DNA of 41,316 nucleotides, taken from the UHGV virus genome UHGV-0262680; one strand, 5' to 3'. The stretch comes from a virus. How positions within the stretch are numbered: the first letter of the stretch is position 1; each line of letters opens with the position of its first letter. Below are positions 9,249 to 19,945 of this stretch, in pieces. The position numbers and the translations under genes were made by a program. The notes beneath the pieces are model-generated. The model saw only the letters and a program-made list of their open reading frames with translations. It ran no database searches and was not told the origin of the DNA.

Positions 9249-10309
9249 GTCACCTCCCCGATGGTGATAAGCTCATCCACATCACTGGTGGTGTCTTCCC
9301 CGATGTTGAGAAAGTAATCTGTAATGCCGGATGTCATACCGATGGCCGTGCGCAGCGAGGACACCGGCAGCATCTGACCAGGGGCCAGCGTTTTCTGTAA
9401 TGCGGTCAGGTTTGCCCGGACGGCGTTCCTGTTCGCCTGGCCGTCCGGTGTCAGACGGATGGACAGGTCGACTTTCTTCAGCCTGACCTGAACCGGCCAG
9501 ACCTCAATGCCGCCCGGTTTGCCCACCATAACCCCAGTGGCCGGGTGTTTGTGGCAGAACAGATACTGCTCCATTGTCTTCAGGTCTTTGCGGGTCGGTA
9601 CAATATCTTCACGGTCATCGTAAAGCCATGCCAGTCCGACCGTGCCGGGGCCGTGCCACGCATCCCACGCCCACGCGCGGCTGACGCCAGCCACTTCGCG
9701 AGCCCAGATGACGTAATCATGCAGAGCACCGCCCACCGGGGGATTGCGACGCACATACAGCAGACGGTCCAGCAGCTCCGCGATGGATTCAGTGTCTGCG
9801 CCACCGGTGATGCCACCTTCAGCCACCACGCCTGCACTGGCCGTTCCGGGCAGCGGAGATAACAGGGTCAGCACGGCACCGGCAGCAAGATTACCCGCCA
9901 CCCCGGCTTCTTCAGCCTGCACAATGACGGTGACCTCGCCGTCCCGTACCTCACCGGATGTGAGCACCTGGTACACCTGATTCGTGTCGGACTGCATCCG
10001 TGTTTCAGCCGGAAGGAGAGACTGACTGGTGAAGGTCACCGGCCCGCTGGCAAAGGTGGCCTGTTTGCGGATAACCCCTTCATACGTTGCTGTTTTGATA
10101 ATGGTTTCATCATCAGACGTGGCGGACGGGATTATCTGGTCCTTAATCCAGCTCTGATGGTCGTATAAATCCCGGACCTGACTGCTGAATGACACGTTCA
10201 GCGCTTGCTCAACACTGACAGGCGGCAGCTTTTGCAGGCCGAGTTCATACGCAATATCTTTTTCGCCGTCGGCAATCAGTTTGCCCAGCGTGGGGATTTC
10301 ATACGGCAT
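9233..10309 (-). CDS. Baseplate J-like protein (Mu gp47-like), 358 aa
   Basis: Size and position in the baseplate block; ATG at 10309. Confidence 0.65.
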   Translation of the reverse strand: MPYEIPTLGKLIADGEKDIAYELGLQKLPPVSVEQALNVSFSSQVRDLYDHQSWIKDQIIPSATSDDETIIKTATYEGVIRKQATFASGPVTFTSQSLLPAETRMQSDTNQVYQVLTSGEVRDGEVTVIVQAEEAGVAGNLAAGAVLTLLSPLPGTASAGVVAEGGITGGADTESIAELLDRLLYVRRNPPVGGALHDYVIWAREVAGVSRAWAWDAWHGPGTVGLAWLYDDREDIVPTRKDLKTMEQYLFCHKHPATGVMVGKPGGIEVWPVQVRLKKVDLSIRLTPDGQANRNAVRANLTALQKTLAPGQMLPVSSLRTAIGMTSGITDYFLNIGEDTTSDVDELITIGEVTWLTA

Positions 10310-10751
10310 TAATGGTGGCCTCCCATCGACGGGTGATTTCGATTGTGAGCGTGGTTTTGTCCGGGCGGGTTAACACCACCTGAAAGGCAATACAGTCAGG
10401 GACGATGATTCTGGCCGTGACAGTGGCGTTACGGGCGTAACCGGCCCGCAGCAGCGGTTGCATGGACAGCCGTGCGTAATCTTCCACGCGCAGGCGGACA
10501 TCTTCCGTCAGCTTTTCACGCTCAAGCAGCCACAGGCGGGAACCCCACGAAAAATCGCTGTATGTGTCGCCCGGCCAGCCACGCGGGTCGCCGGAACCAT
10601 CAGGGATGACATCATCGTCATCAGCGCGGGCATCGGTGAAAAGGCAGATAAGAACCTGAGTGACCAGCCCCTCATCCCGTGAGAGGCCGTTATGGGTGAC
10701 GGTGATGTCACCCCGTGAGAGCATGTTATTCCAGCGGATTCCTGTCGTCAT
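10299..10751 (-). CDS. Baseplate protein (Mu gp46-like), 150 aa
   Basis: Position and size in the Mu baseplate order. Confidence 0.55.
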   Translation of the reverse strand: MTTGIRWNNMLSRGDITVTHNGLSRDEGLVTQVLICLFTDARADDDDVIPDGSGDPRGWPGDTYSDFSWGSRLWLLEREKLTEDVRLRVEDYARLSMQPLLRAGYARNATVTARIIVPDCIAFQVVLTRPDKTTLTIEITRRWEATINAV

Positions 10752-11284
10752 ACGGGCGGTGATGTCTTCTCATTGTCGCCGTCCTTATGAATATGATTGC
10801 TGAAAGATTTACCGTTGATGGTGACATCTTCAGTAAATTCACAGGGACCGACGAATTTCATTTGTTTACCGATAATATTCAGCAATTCGTCGGCGGTGAG
10901 ATTTACCGTTGTCCCTGAAACGTCTAATTGTTCCCCTGTTATTTCAATAACGCCGTTTTCCTTCAGGGTGATGTGTGATTTTCCGTCCCGGTGATACAGC
11001 CGGACGTCGCCGGGAGACAGGCCTTTAGGGCGACATCGCTTGTCCTCCACTGCGATGGCAACCAGCCCGTCACGCCGTCCGCCAACGGCCAGCACTATGG
11101 CTTCTGAACCTTCCGGCGGAACGGAAGTAAAACCGTAATTCTGGAAGCGTTCCACGTCGTCATCGGTGGCATCTGCCAGCGTCTGGATTTGCAGGTTCTG
11201 CCGCTCCAGACTGTCAGACACCATGCGGACAATGGCACGGTCAACCATCAGCCGCAGACGGCGGGTAATTGCGCTTAATCCCAT
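10748..11284 (-). CDS. Baseplate spike/assembly protein (Mu gp45 / gpV-like), 178 aa
   Basis: Position and size; start and stop overlap the neighbouring genes. Confidence 0.55.
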   Translation of the reverse strand: MGLSAITRRLRLMVDRAIVRMVSDSLERQNLQIQTLADATDDDVERFQNYGFTSVPPEGSEAIVLAVGGRRDGLVAIAVEDKRCRPKGLSPGDVRLYHRDGKSHITLKENGVIEITGEQLDVSGTTVNLTADELLNIIGKQMKFVGPCEFTEDVTINGKSFSNHIHKDGDNEKTSPPV

Positions 11285-12348
11285 GTGACCACCGCTTTTG
11301 CTGATTTCTTCGTTTTCACTTTCATTTCCGGCATGTCCAGTGATTCAGGCGGAACCAGCGCCAGAACCGTTATCCGCCCCTGTGCACCATCCGTCCAGGT
11401 CACCCCGGATATCAACCAGGTGGTTTTCAGGTTCTGAATACTGTCGTCGATATCAACAAGGCGGTTGGTCTGCCACAGCGGGCCGCTGTCGCCCTGTTCG
11501 CGCCAGCCTGCCACCGTGATTTCCGTCGTGCGGGCCTCTCCCAGCATCCGGGCTTTGAACCATTCCCCGCGAATGCTGGCTCCACCCACGGTCAGACTGT
11601 CTTCATTGACCAGAATGCGCGGGCGGTAACGGTTAATTTCCGGGTCTTCGGTGATGTACTGGCGACCGCCCACCATCGAGGCAGGCTGGCTGTCCCACAG
11701 TTTGCCACCGGCACTGGTGGTGCCCTTGATGATGTACTGACTGTTACGCTCCCGCCAGCTGAAGCGCCCACGGGCGGCGAGGATATTTTTTCCCAGCACC
11801 AGTGAGACACCTGCGCGAACGGAAGAGGCGCGGGTGATAATCAGGTTACCCCCTCCGTCAGACGTCAGCAGAACGCCGCGCTGTTTTGCCAGCCGGTCGA
11901 GCAGTTCAAAGCCCGTTTCACCCTGTTCCAGAACGACAGACGCAAACGCCTCCCCGGTCGGGGTTTCCGTGATGACGGTTATCCCGAACGGGCGGCAGAC
12001 ATCAGCCGCCACCTGTTCAAGCCGCACGCCTTTCCATTTCCCGGACGAATGCACCACAGAGCAGTCCACCAGGTCACCGGTTTTGTCGCGCCCCATGACG
12101 CGAATCTCCACGTTTTCTGCGTCATAGCTGGGAATAAAATCATCGATATACCCCGTCAGCACGGTATCCGCGCCCAGCCTGACCGTGCAGGGTTGCCCCT
12201 CACGAATCACGCGCGGTGCCGCCGCTGACCAGCGGGTTGTCACACTGAGATCAAACTCACCGGCAATCGCCTTCAGGGAACGACTGACGGACATTTCCGT
12301 CCAGCCTTCCCACAATTTGCCGTCAACGGTAAGAATCACGGAGCCCAT
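11275..12348 (-). CDS. Baseplate hub protein (Mu gp44-like), 357 aa
   Basis: Position between the P-like gene and the baseplate genes. Confidence 0.55.
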   Translation of the reverse strand: MGSVILTVDGKLWEGWTEMSVSRSLKAIAGEFDLSVTTRWSAAAPRVIREGQPCTVRLGADTVLTGYIDDFIPSYDAENVEIRVMGRDKTGDLVDCSVVHSSGKWKGVRLEQVAADVCRPFGITVITETPTGEAFASVVLEQGETGFELLDRLAKQRGVLLTSDGGGNLIITRASSVRAGVSLVLGKNILAARGRFSWRERNSQYIIKGTTSAGGKLWDSQPASMVGGRQYITEDPEINRYRPRILVNEDSLTVGGASIRGEWFKARMLGEARTTEITVAGWREQGDSGPLWQTNRLVDIDDSIQNLKTTWLISGVTWTDGAQGRITVLALVPPESLDMPEMKVKTKKSAKAVVTWD

Positions 12349-13622
12349 CAGTCGGTAATCTCCACAGGTTGCGTTGGCAGTATGAATGACGGATGGCGCA
12401 GGCGGTTACGCTGCACGATTTCATCCCGTCGGCTGGTGTCACCATGCTCGCGCCATGCCAGCAATGCGGCAGATGTGGTTGTGGTCAGCGTCACCTGCCG
12501 GGTTTCCGGCAGACGGGCGGCACGCTCGCGGGCATCCGTAATCACGGCCTGCCGTAAATCACGCAGCGTTCGCCACAATGCCCGCTGGTTATTTTCCACC
12601 GCCGCGACCGACTGCTCATGCAGTTCAGCCGCCAGCGCGTCACCGGCAGATAATGCCGCATCACTGGTATCGAACGTCATCGAGGCCACGGCACTGGCCT
12701 GTCCCAGCAGGGTTTCCAGCACAACCACCTGGCGGAAGTCGTCAATGTTCTTCTGCAGGCTGTCAGATACCGGCTGATAATCCGCTGACAGCCCGATGGC
12801 AAAGCCGATTTCACCGTCTGCCACGCTGCCGGGCTTCACGGTGATATCTTCCGGCAATGCGCCAGTGGCAACCTGTCGGGCGCGTTCTCCGGCCCACTGG
12901 TTGCGTAATGTCGTGTAAACCGCCAGTGCTTCGGGTGATTCCGTCACCAGATCAACCACGCCGTCAATGAGCGAGGACAGCTCACTGACCAGACGACCCG
13001 GCGTGGCAATAATGGTTCCGGCCATCTCCTTAAAATGGTTCAGCCTGTCCATCCACTGATTCAGTGCCGTCGGTAACGTGGGCAGGTTGGCCACAAGGTT
13101 TTCCATATCGGCCAGAAAGCTGTCGGCCATCTCACCCAGCCCGTCAGGTGCACCGAACCAGTTGCCATCGTCAATGGCCGCTTTTACCGCATCAATGCCC
13201 GTCAGCACTTCCTGCTGCGTGTTATCCGCCGCAGACGGGAACAGACGCTCGCCTGCCTCAAACACTTCAAATGTGACATACGCAATGCCGTCTTCCTCCG
13301 TGCTGAGGCGATGGGTGACCTTGCCAACCTGTACGGTCTGTATCCCGAACCACGGATGGATAAGCTCGCCGGGGCCGGGGGTATTGAGCGCATCTAAAAG
13401 GGCGTTTAAATCAGCCTGGAAGTTGCTACCCAACAGCTTCGCGTTAATCTGCTGTTGCCCCGGAACGGCCCCGTTATCATCCGTCCAGGCGGTTTCACGC
13501 CGGGGATAAGCACGGGGAATGGCACGACGGCCACCTGTGCCTTCCGTATCCACCAGAAAAAAAGGGACACCGCGAAACGAGGCGTCGCGCAGCCCGTCCC
13601 ATTTGCCTTTGCTTGTTGTCAT
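12348..13622 (-). CDS. Mu gp43 (P)-like DNA-circularisation / tail protein, 424 aa
   Basis: Immediately downstream of the tape-measure gene, as in Mu. Confidence 0.55.
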   Translation of the reverse strand: MTTSKGKWDGLRDASFRGVPFFLVDTEGTGGRRAIPRAYPRRETAWTDDNGAVPGQQQINAKLLGSNFQADLNALLDALNTPGPGELIHPWFGIQTVQVGKVTHRLSTEEDGIAYVTFEVFEAGERLFPSAADNTQQEVLTGIDAVKAAIDDGNWFGAPDGLGEMADSFLADMENLVANLPTLPTALNQWMDRLNHFKEMAGTIIATPGRLVSELSSLIDGVVDLVTESPEALAVYTTLRNQWAGERARQVATGALPEDITVKPGSVADGEIGFAIGLSADYQPVSDSLQKNIDDFRQVVVLETLLGQASAVASMTFDTSDAALSAGDALAAELHEQSVAAVENNQRALWRTLRDLRQAVITDARERAARLPETRQVTLTTTTSAALLAWREHGDTSRRDEIVQRNRLRHPSFILPTQPVEITD

Positions 13623-15478
13623 TACCCTTGCTCCACGCTGGTGACGCCAGCCTGCGCACTGAGTCTGACGCCGGGTTGATCCACTCTGACGCTTTTCACG
13701 CGGGCGTCACCTTCCACCACCACACGGATTTCCCCCTGCAATTGCTGCGGAAGGAAAGGATAATTCTGTGTGGGTTGCATACCTGCCCACGGTCGCGGGT
13801 CGGCAATGTTCTTGTCACCCAGCGAATTGAACCAGTCTGTTACCTTACGCCAGACGGATTCCAGTGCTTTCTGGTTGTCCTGGCTTTGTTGCGCGAACTC
13901 GCGCTCCCACGGGCTGGCGTCAGTGGCACCGGCAACGGATTTAGTGAGCGTGTCAACCTCGCCCGGCAGGGCGTGTTGCGTGGTCAGAAAATCGTAAAAT
14001 TCCAGACCAGCAGCAATGATGCCTGCACCTTTACCTGCCTTTCCTCCACGGTTCCCCGGACCTTGTGGATTGCGGGAGTTACGGGGATTGCGCGATGAAT
14101 CCGGCGCATCCGGCAGACCACCGGTATTACCCTTCATCCCGCCACTGCCCATATTGACCACATAAACCGGCATCACACCGGAGCCGAAAACATCCGTAAT
14201 GCCGCCGGGTATCCCTTTGCCTTTCTCTTTGGGATTCATGATGTCGTGAATGGTTTTACCGAACTGGTACGTCTTTCTGATGGCGATAATGCCACCCAGC
14301 GCGATCGCCATATACTTACCGACCTGCAACCAGTTCTGGACAGTGTTCTGGTCCACGCTGTTGAGCGCATCAGCCAGTTCCTGAACGGGCTTTGCCAGTT
14401 GTCCTTCAGCAAAACGTTGCCATTCGTTATTCAGTGATTGCATTGCAGCATTAAAGCCTTCGGCATTGGTCTGTGCGGCCTTTTGCGTGGAACCCAGATC
14501 AATCGTGCCGTAAATCATTTGTTCCATCAGTTGCCGGTTTTCAGGGTTGAGCAGCGCCTTAATCCCCTGCATCCCGGTCAGATCAAACACATCCTGAAGT
14601 TTCAGCGGGTCGTATTTGGCCCGTTTAAGGATTTCCATCATCAGCTCATAGGGCTTTTTGATGTCTTTTGTGCCTTTGACAAAAACGTCAATGCCGTTTT
14701 TTTTCAGGAACTCAATGTTCTTTTTGTCCGACAGGGAGGCATACATGGCCTGAATACTGGTTACCGTCTCATCAATGCTGCCTTTGTTTTTGGCGAACAC
14801 CTGAGCAAATGCCCCCATCTGGGCAATGGCTTCCGGTCCCTGATCCTGAATGATGGAAAACAGTTTCGGGGCAGCGCGGGCAACATCGGCAACGCTGACA
14901 GACCCCACTGCGAACTGCGAATACAGCCTGTCCATCATGTTATTGACCGCATCAGCACCCCGAACGTTTTTTTCCCAGAACTGGGCCATCAGCCCGGCTG
15001 CAACCTGTCCGTCAACACCGAACGCCTGCATCATCAACCCCATGTTGCGGAGGTTGTCCACCACATACTGATAATCACCGGTTTTCCCCAGAAGTTCGCT
15101 GGCCCCCTGACCAAGCGCAGAGGCATCAATACGAATATCTTTCTGGTTCGATACATCCCTGATTTTGTCGTGAAGCGTCTTTACCTGTTCAGTGGTTAAC
15201 TGGGCATCCGTACCCATCCGGCGCATCTGCGCATCAAAATCGGCAACCTGTTTGATAGTAAGACTACTGCCAAGCCCGGCTATCATTGCCGTGTAGCGGT
15301 TACCCAGCACGTCGAGGCCACGTGTGGCAGATTCCGTTGTGGCTTTGACCAGGTTCATTGCCTTCTGATGGTTCCGGGCGAACTGCGACATATTTGCGCC
15401 GTACTGCCGGGCTTTGGCGGTCAGGTTCCCGGCAAGGTTGATCATGATTTCCGTGCTGAGACGGTTACCTGTTGCCAT
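13622..15478 (-). CDS. Tail tape-measure protein, 618 aa
   Basis: Largest tail ORF, placed after the tube and chaperone genes; Gly-rich C-terminal region. Confidence 0.75.
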   Translation of the reverse strand: MATGNRLSTEIMINLAGNLTAKARQYGANMSQFARNHQKAMNLVKATTESATRGLDVLGNRYTAMIAGLGSSLTIKQVADFDAQMRRMGTDAQLTTEQVKTLHDKIRDVSNQKDIRIDASALGQGASELLGKTGDYQYVVDNLRNMGLMMQAFGVDGQVAAGLMAQFWEKNVRGADAVNNMMDRLYSQFAVGSVSVADVARAAPKLFSIIQDQGPEAIAQMGAFAQVFAKNKGSIDETVTSIQAMYASLSDKKNIEFLKKNGIDVFVKGTKDIKKPYELMMEILKRAKYDPLKLQDVFDLTGMQGIKALLNPENRQLMEQMIYGTIDLGSTQKAAQTNAEGFNAAMQSLNNEWQRFAEGQLAKPVQELADALNSVDQNTVQNWLQVGKYMAIALGGIIAIRKTYQFGKTIHDIMNPKEKGKGIPGGITDVFGSGVMPVYVVNMGSGGMKGNTGGLPDAPDSSRNPRNSRNPQGPGNRGGKAGKGAGIIAAGLEFYDFLTTQHALPGEVDTLTKSVAGATDASPWEREFAQQSQDNQKALESVWRKVTDWFNSLGDKNIADPRPWAGMQPTQNYPFLPQQLQGEIRVVVEGDARVKSVRVDQPGVRLSAQAGVTSVEQG

Positions 15479-15564
15479 GCTGTTTCTCCAGTTGCTTTAT
15501 CAGGCGGAACAGCTGCCGCAGGGGCAGCTGTTCCAGGTACTGAATACTGAATCTCTGGGACAGG

Positions 15565-15960
15565 TTAACCAGCAGGTTCATCAGTGCCGCCGCCAGCGGC
15601 ATCAGTTCGCCCCCGCGTTGCCACCTCCTCAAGCATCTCATCCAGCGCGGCGGCTTTCGTGCTGATAAGCTCAAGGTCTGCCGGGTGGAGCATTCGCAGC
15701 TGTTTCATGTCCAGCGGGCCGGGGATATTACCGATTGACGCAACCTGACGGCGCATCATCTCCAGCCCCATCAGCACTTCCGAGCAGTAAGCCACCGCCT
15801 TTCCGTTCCCGCCCATGACGACGCGTTCTGCGGCCAGTTGCGCATCAATCACGTCACTGGCGGTCAGTTCGCGCAGTTTCACGGTTTTATGCAGGGTTTC
15901 ATCTGCCGTGCCTTTGCCGGTCAGAAGCCCGTGTTTCAGTTCAAATTCCATTGCGGCCAT
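15565..15960 (-). CDS. Tail assembly chaperone, 131 aa, with an overlapping alternate-frame ORF (15465-15674)
   Basis: Sits between the tube and tape-measure genes; a second-frame ORF overlaps its 3' end, the usual arrangement for chaperone frameshift products. Confidence 0.45.
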   Translation of the reverse strand: MAAMEFELKHGLLTGKGTADETLHKTVKLRELTASDVIDAQLAAERVVMGGNGKAVAYCSEVLMGLEMMRRQVASIGNIPGPLDMKQLRMLHPADLELISTKAAALDEMLEEVATRGRTDAAGGGTDEPAG

Positions 15961-15961
15961 G

Positions 15962-16318
15962 TCACACCTTCACGCATTTTTCACCGATAAAGTTCGCACT
16001 GATGGTGCCGGAATCCTCGTCCAGCTCCGCCGGGTTATCCGTGGCTGAACCCGTCATCATGTAGTTCAGGCCGTTGTCGCCGTAGAACATCACCGTGACG
16101 TCTTCCCAGCTGCTGATTTCAATCACGTCCATATCCGCTGCTGCCGCAATGGTCACCTTGATGGACGGCGAGGCCATCTTGCTGGAGATGCCCCAGACCT
16201 TGCCGCCGCCCATATGCTGGGTGCGGCTGAAGCCGCCCGGATTCAGCGTGGATTTCCCCTCGGTTTTAATTTCGCGGCCATTCACGCGAATGGTCGCCAT
16301 GCCAAGAATTTTTGCCAT
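15962..16318 (-). CDS. Tail tube protein (Mu M-like), 118 aa
   Basis: 118-aa ORF immediately downstream of the sheath gene; ATG at 16318. Confidence 0.7.
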   Translation of the reverse strand: MAKILGMATIRVNGREIKTEGKSTLNPGGFSRTQHMGGGKVWGISSKMASPSIKVTIAAAADMDVIEISSWEDVTVMFYGDNGLNYMMTGSATDNPAELDEDSGTISANFIGEKCVKV

Positions 16319-16327
16319 GCGGCCCCC

Positions 16328-17803
16328 TTAAAGCTTGAACTGAATCAGGCCTGCCAGCACACGCAGCTGGTTCACCAGATTCGGGTGGCAGATAAAGTTC
16401 AGACGGTTTTTATCACTGCTGTCGCGTGTCACCTGAAGCGTGTCCCTGTAATCGCTGAAGTTCTCCACAAGGCCCGCCGGGAGGAGTTCGGTCTGGCAGA
16501 TATCCAGCAGCTCTGCGGTGCACAGCTTCGGCGTCATCACCGGCTGCCCCGCATCCAGCGAGTCCAGCACGTCATCGTCCGCCAGCTTGTGGCGCGGATA
16601 ACGGTTCGAGAAACGGTTTTTGATGATGTAACGGATACGGCCCAGCGTGGCGGGTGACTGCACATCCAGGTACGACACATCCGCATCACCGTACTGGTTA
16701 ACCCGGTACATGGTGATTTCACGCTCGATGCAGACGTTATCCCCGGCGTCCACCATGTGCGTGGCAATGCCGTCATGCAGCAGCAGATTACGCTCCGGCA
16801 TATCCCAGCGAACATTACGCGCAGGCGGCAGAATGCCGGTCAGAACCAGCGTCTGAAGCGGACGCGCCGGGTCAATGGCAAGGTGATACGCTGCCGTTGC
16901 GCCGTATGACGCGGCCCACATCCACGCCGGGTGCGGTGACAGGTTGGTGCCGATACAGCTAATCAGCCAGTCATTGCGGGTTTCACCAAACGTGCCTGTC
17001 TCGCCGTGTGTGCCACGAAACGCCGTCCACAACTGCGCCTCCATCATTTTGAGCGGCCCCCAGCGGTTCAGCAGTTCATCACGCAGGGTGTTCAGGCTTT
17101 TCGTGTCGGTGAACGGGGCGATGATATCGGTAAACCACTCCGGGCCGATGGCCGCAACGGCGTCTGTCATTTCCGGTGTCCCGGTGCCGCCGGTAAACGC
17201 GGTTGCGGTCACCTTCACACCTGCCGGGAAGGCTTCACCGGTGTAGTAGTTCAGGCGAACGTCGGCACCGTTGCCGGTGACACCGTGCCAGTTCACGGTT
17301 AGCTCCACGGTATCCGTGGCATCATCCTTCACCGCAGCGGCCACCTGCGTGGCTGGCTTTTTCGTCACCGCATCAGCAATGGCTTTTGCAATGTTTTCCT
17401 TCGTATCCCCGGCGCTCACGCTCACCTGAACGGACACACCGTTAATCAGCAGTGCCACCGTTCCGGCGTCGGTCGCTGTACCCAGCACGGTCAGCGTGGC
17501 TTTTGCGGCAGCGCCTTCAGGCGCGGCAACCGGCATTGCCCAGGTTTCCGTGTACGTGTTGGCACGACGCAGCATTTTGAGCATTTCAGCCAGCATCGAC
17601 CCTTTGCCATAAAGCTGGTCTGCCTGGCTGTCACTGGTGATGCGGGTCAGTGACAGGGCGTCTGCGCTGCCGGACGATACCGCATGGCCCATGACCAGAA
17701 TTTTTCGGCTTTGCGCGGATGCACCCTCCAGCGCCTGTGAATTGTCGATATCGATCCAGACAAGCGGGACGCGGATATCATCAGGAATTGAACCCAGCGA
17801 CAT
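16328..17803 (-). CDS. Contractile tail sheath protein (Mu L-like), 491 aa
   Basis: About 490 aa directly upstream of the tube gene, as in myovirus tail modules. Confidence 0.8.
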   Translation of the reverse strand: MSLGSIPDDIRVPLVWIDIDNSQALEGASAQSRKILVMGHAVSSGSADALSLTRITSDSQADQLYGKGSMLAEMLKMLRRANTYTETWAMPVAAPEGAAAKATLTVLGTATDAGTVALLINGVSVQVSVSAGDTKENIAKAIADAVTKKPATQVAAAVKDDATDTVELTVNWHGVTGNGADVRLNYYTGEAFPAGVKVTATAFTGGTGTPEMTDAVAAIGPEWFTDIIAPFTDTKSLNTLRDELLNRWGPLKMMEAQLWTAFRGTHGETGTFGETRNDWLISCIGTNLSPHPAWMWAASYGATAAYHLAIDPARPLQTLVLTGILPPARNVRWDMPERNLLLHDGIATHMVDAGDNVCIEREITMYRVNQYGDADVSYLDVQSPATLGRIRYIIKNRFSNRYPRHKLADDDVLDSLDAGQPVMTPKLCTAELLDICQTELLPAGLVENFSDYRDTLQVTRDSSDKNRLNFICHPNLVNQLRVLAGLIQFKL

Positions 17804-18003
17804 TATTTTTTCCCTCTGGTTTTGTTGTTATTTTTCGGAAGTGTGGTTATTTCCACATCTCCCTCGGCTTCACGGCGCAGCCAGTAAGCGCAGACATCGA
17901 GACGTTCCCCTTCCGGGGATAAATGCGCGCCATCCGGTTTACGGACACGAACGCTTTCCCGCGCTGGCTTAATCAGTTTCTGTTCCATCGTCACCCCGTA
18001 CAT
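17803..18003 (-). CDS. Small hypothetical protein, 66 aa
   Basis: ATG at 18003; lies between the head-completion genes and the sheath gene. Confidence 0.35.
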   Translation of the reverse strand: MYGVTMEQKLIKPARESVRVRKPDGAHLSPEGERLDVCAYWLRREAEGDVEITTLPKNNNKTRGKK

Positions 18004-18580
18004 GGATCACGTCGTTAATCTCAGTATGTTCACCGCTACGCAGCGTTGTCCCGAGGCGCAGGAAGTCCGGGAGCGCGGCGAGATCAATCTCTTCATCCAG
18101 CTGAAATTCCTGCTCCCACGTCACCGCCCACATGGTGACGCCCAGCCCGTCGAGGCTGGCGGAGTAAATGTTGTCTGCCCGCACGTCAGCAGCCATGCGT
18201 TCAGCCCCCATGCCCGCTGTGGCATCTGACGACAGCAGACGTTTGATCACCTTCCCGGCCAGCACTTCACAGCGCACGTCGCGGGAGTACCCCCACGAAT
18301 CCGTCGCCATGATGTAAGCCACCCAGGTGACCAGACCGGACAGCCCGCCGCGCGGGTTAATATCCCGGACGCGCAGGGCAGCTACCCGGATACAGCCGGT
18401 GCGACCGGACAGATAGCGTTTCACTTCATCGGGGCTGTTGAACTGGCCGATGTGACGCTCCACCACGTCGGCCCGGTCAGGGGTGTTTCCCTGAAGCGCT
18501 GTTTTCAGCCAGGCCACAATGCGCTCTGCGGCCGCAACTGTGCTCCCCGGTGTGCGCAGTTCAGGGCGTTGTTCTGTCAT
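17969..18580 (-). CDS. Head-tail joining / tail completion protein, 203 aa
   Basis: Position in the block between the major head and sheath genes. Confidence 0.4.
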   Translation of the reverse strand: MTEQRPELRTPGSTVAAAERIVAWLKTALQGNTPDRADVVERHIGQFNSPDEVKRYLSGRTGCIRVAALRVRDINPRGGLSGLVTWVAYIMATDSWGYSRDVRCEVLAGKVIKRLLSSDATAGMGAERMAADVRADNIYSASLDGLGVTMWAVTWEQEFQLDEEIDLAALPDFLRLGTTLRSGEHTEINDVIHVRGDDGTETD

Positions 18581-19119
18581 GGCAGAACCTCCTTCCAGAA
18601 ATGACTGATAACCTGTTGCAGCTCCTGCTGGTTGGCAGAAGACAGCCCCAGAAATTCACGTTGTGGAATATTCATCATGCGGTTATGTGCGCCGACGGTC
18701 TGCCAGACCGGATATTTCAGCGCCCGCCCGAAACACTGCGAGATAAGCCGCTTGTGGGCGCTGACCGGCACACTGCCGGAAAAGCCGTCATTCATGATGC
18801 GGGCATAATCCAGCGGTGAACCGATACGCACCACGCGGTTTTCCACAATGTACTGGATACTCTCCAGTAGATGACCTTCACCGCGCAGCAGACTCTGGTT
18901 GCCGTGGCGGGTCTTTTTGTACCCGTCAGACCAGTCCGGCCAGCGTTCGCCACCCGGACTGGTTTTCTCATCGATGATGCGGCGGCGGGTCTGTGATTCC
19001 ACCACCGCACCGATGCTTTCCAGCAGCTCTGCCTGCAATGAACCATCTGCCAGCTTTTCAACGGCACGGCGGATATCCTCCAGCCGCTGGTCACCGCTGA
19101 CCTGTACAGAAATCCCCAT
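18577..19119 (-). CDS. Head-tail joining protein, about 180 aa
   Basis: Position; the track start at 19122 is GTG and an ATG follows at 19119. Confidence 0.4.
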   Translation of the reverse strand: MGISVQVSGDQRLEDIRRAVEKLADGSLQAELLESIGAVVESQTRRRIIDEKTSPGGERWPDWSDGYKKTRHGNQSLLRGEGHLLESIQYIVENRVVRIGSPLDYARIMNDGFSGSVPVSAHKRLISQCFGRALKYPVWQTVGAHNRMMNIPQREFLGLSSANQQELQQVISHFWKEVLP

Positions 19120-19556
19120 CACAGCACCCCTTTCAGGTTGTTACGGGTGAACAGCCGGGCATTGGCACCCACCACAATGATCTTCCCGTGGTCGGTTTCT
19201 GCCGGGGTGGCATACGTCGGCAGACCCAGGTCACGGGTGCCGTTCGCCATCTCACGCAGGGTTTTAATGGCGTCGTCGTAGCGTTTCTGGATCAGCTCCG
19301 TGATTTGATTGTCACGCTCTGACAACCAGTAAAACGCCAGCGATACCGCCACGCGTTGCAGCGGGCGCGGGATTTCCGTCACTCCCAGCGGCAGCGGGTA
19401 GCGGCGGGACAGAAACGAATCAATTTCCGCTTCGGCATCACTGATGGCCTGACGGATTTTGTCTTCATCCAGTTCGTTGGTTTCCCGGTTAATCGCCATG
19501 TTCCAGACAAGATTGCCGTCCGCGCGTAACAGGTCTTCCTGCGTGATATACCCCAT
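19119..19556 (-). CDS. Head completion protein, 145 aa
   Basis: Position; ATG at 19556. Confidence 0.4.
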   Translation of the reverse strand: MGYITQEDLLRADGNLVWNMAINRETNELDEDKIRQAISDAEAEIDSFLSRRYPLPLGVTEIPRPLQRVAVSLAFYWLSERDNQITELIQKRYDDAIKTLREMANGTRDLGLPTYATPAETDHGKIIVVGANARLFTRNNLKGVL

Positions 19557-19867
19557 CAGCCTTTCTCCGCTTCCCGGACAATCAGATTCGGTTCAGCCAT
19601 CAGGCGGGTGGCAACCGCAGCGGTCACCGCCACATCCTCACCGGCATGTGACCAGAAACGGCCACAGCGCCAGAACCCGTTTTCAGACACGGCCCGGACG
19701 TTCAGCCGGACAGGGGCGTCACCCTGTACAGCAGTCGGGGCTTCAGCCGGACGTGGTTCATTCGCCTGACCGTCAGCCACAATAACGTCTGCCAGCGGTG
19801 CCGGGTTTTCCTGTGCTGCGCTGTTCTTTGCGGCTTTCGCGCCTTTGGTTCCTGCTTTTTCACTCAT
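19556..19867 (-). CDS. Small hypothetical head protein, 103 aa
   Basis: ORF immediately downstream of the major head gene. Confidence 0.35.
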   Translation of the reverse strand: MSEKAGTKGAKAAKNSAAQENPAPLADVIVADGQANEPRPAEAPTAVQGDAPVRLNVRAVSENGFWRCGRFWSHAGEDVAVTAAVATRLMAEPNLIVREAEKG

Positions 19868-19945
19868 GACTCTGCCTTTTAAAAGGCAGTTAAAAGGGCA
19901 TTCACAGCGCCTTTTAACTGCGGGTTACAGATTACGGATGACGGG

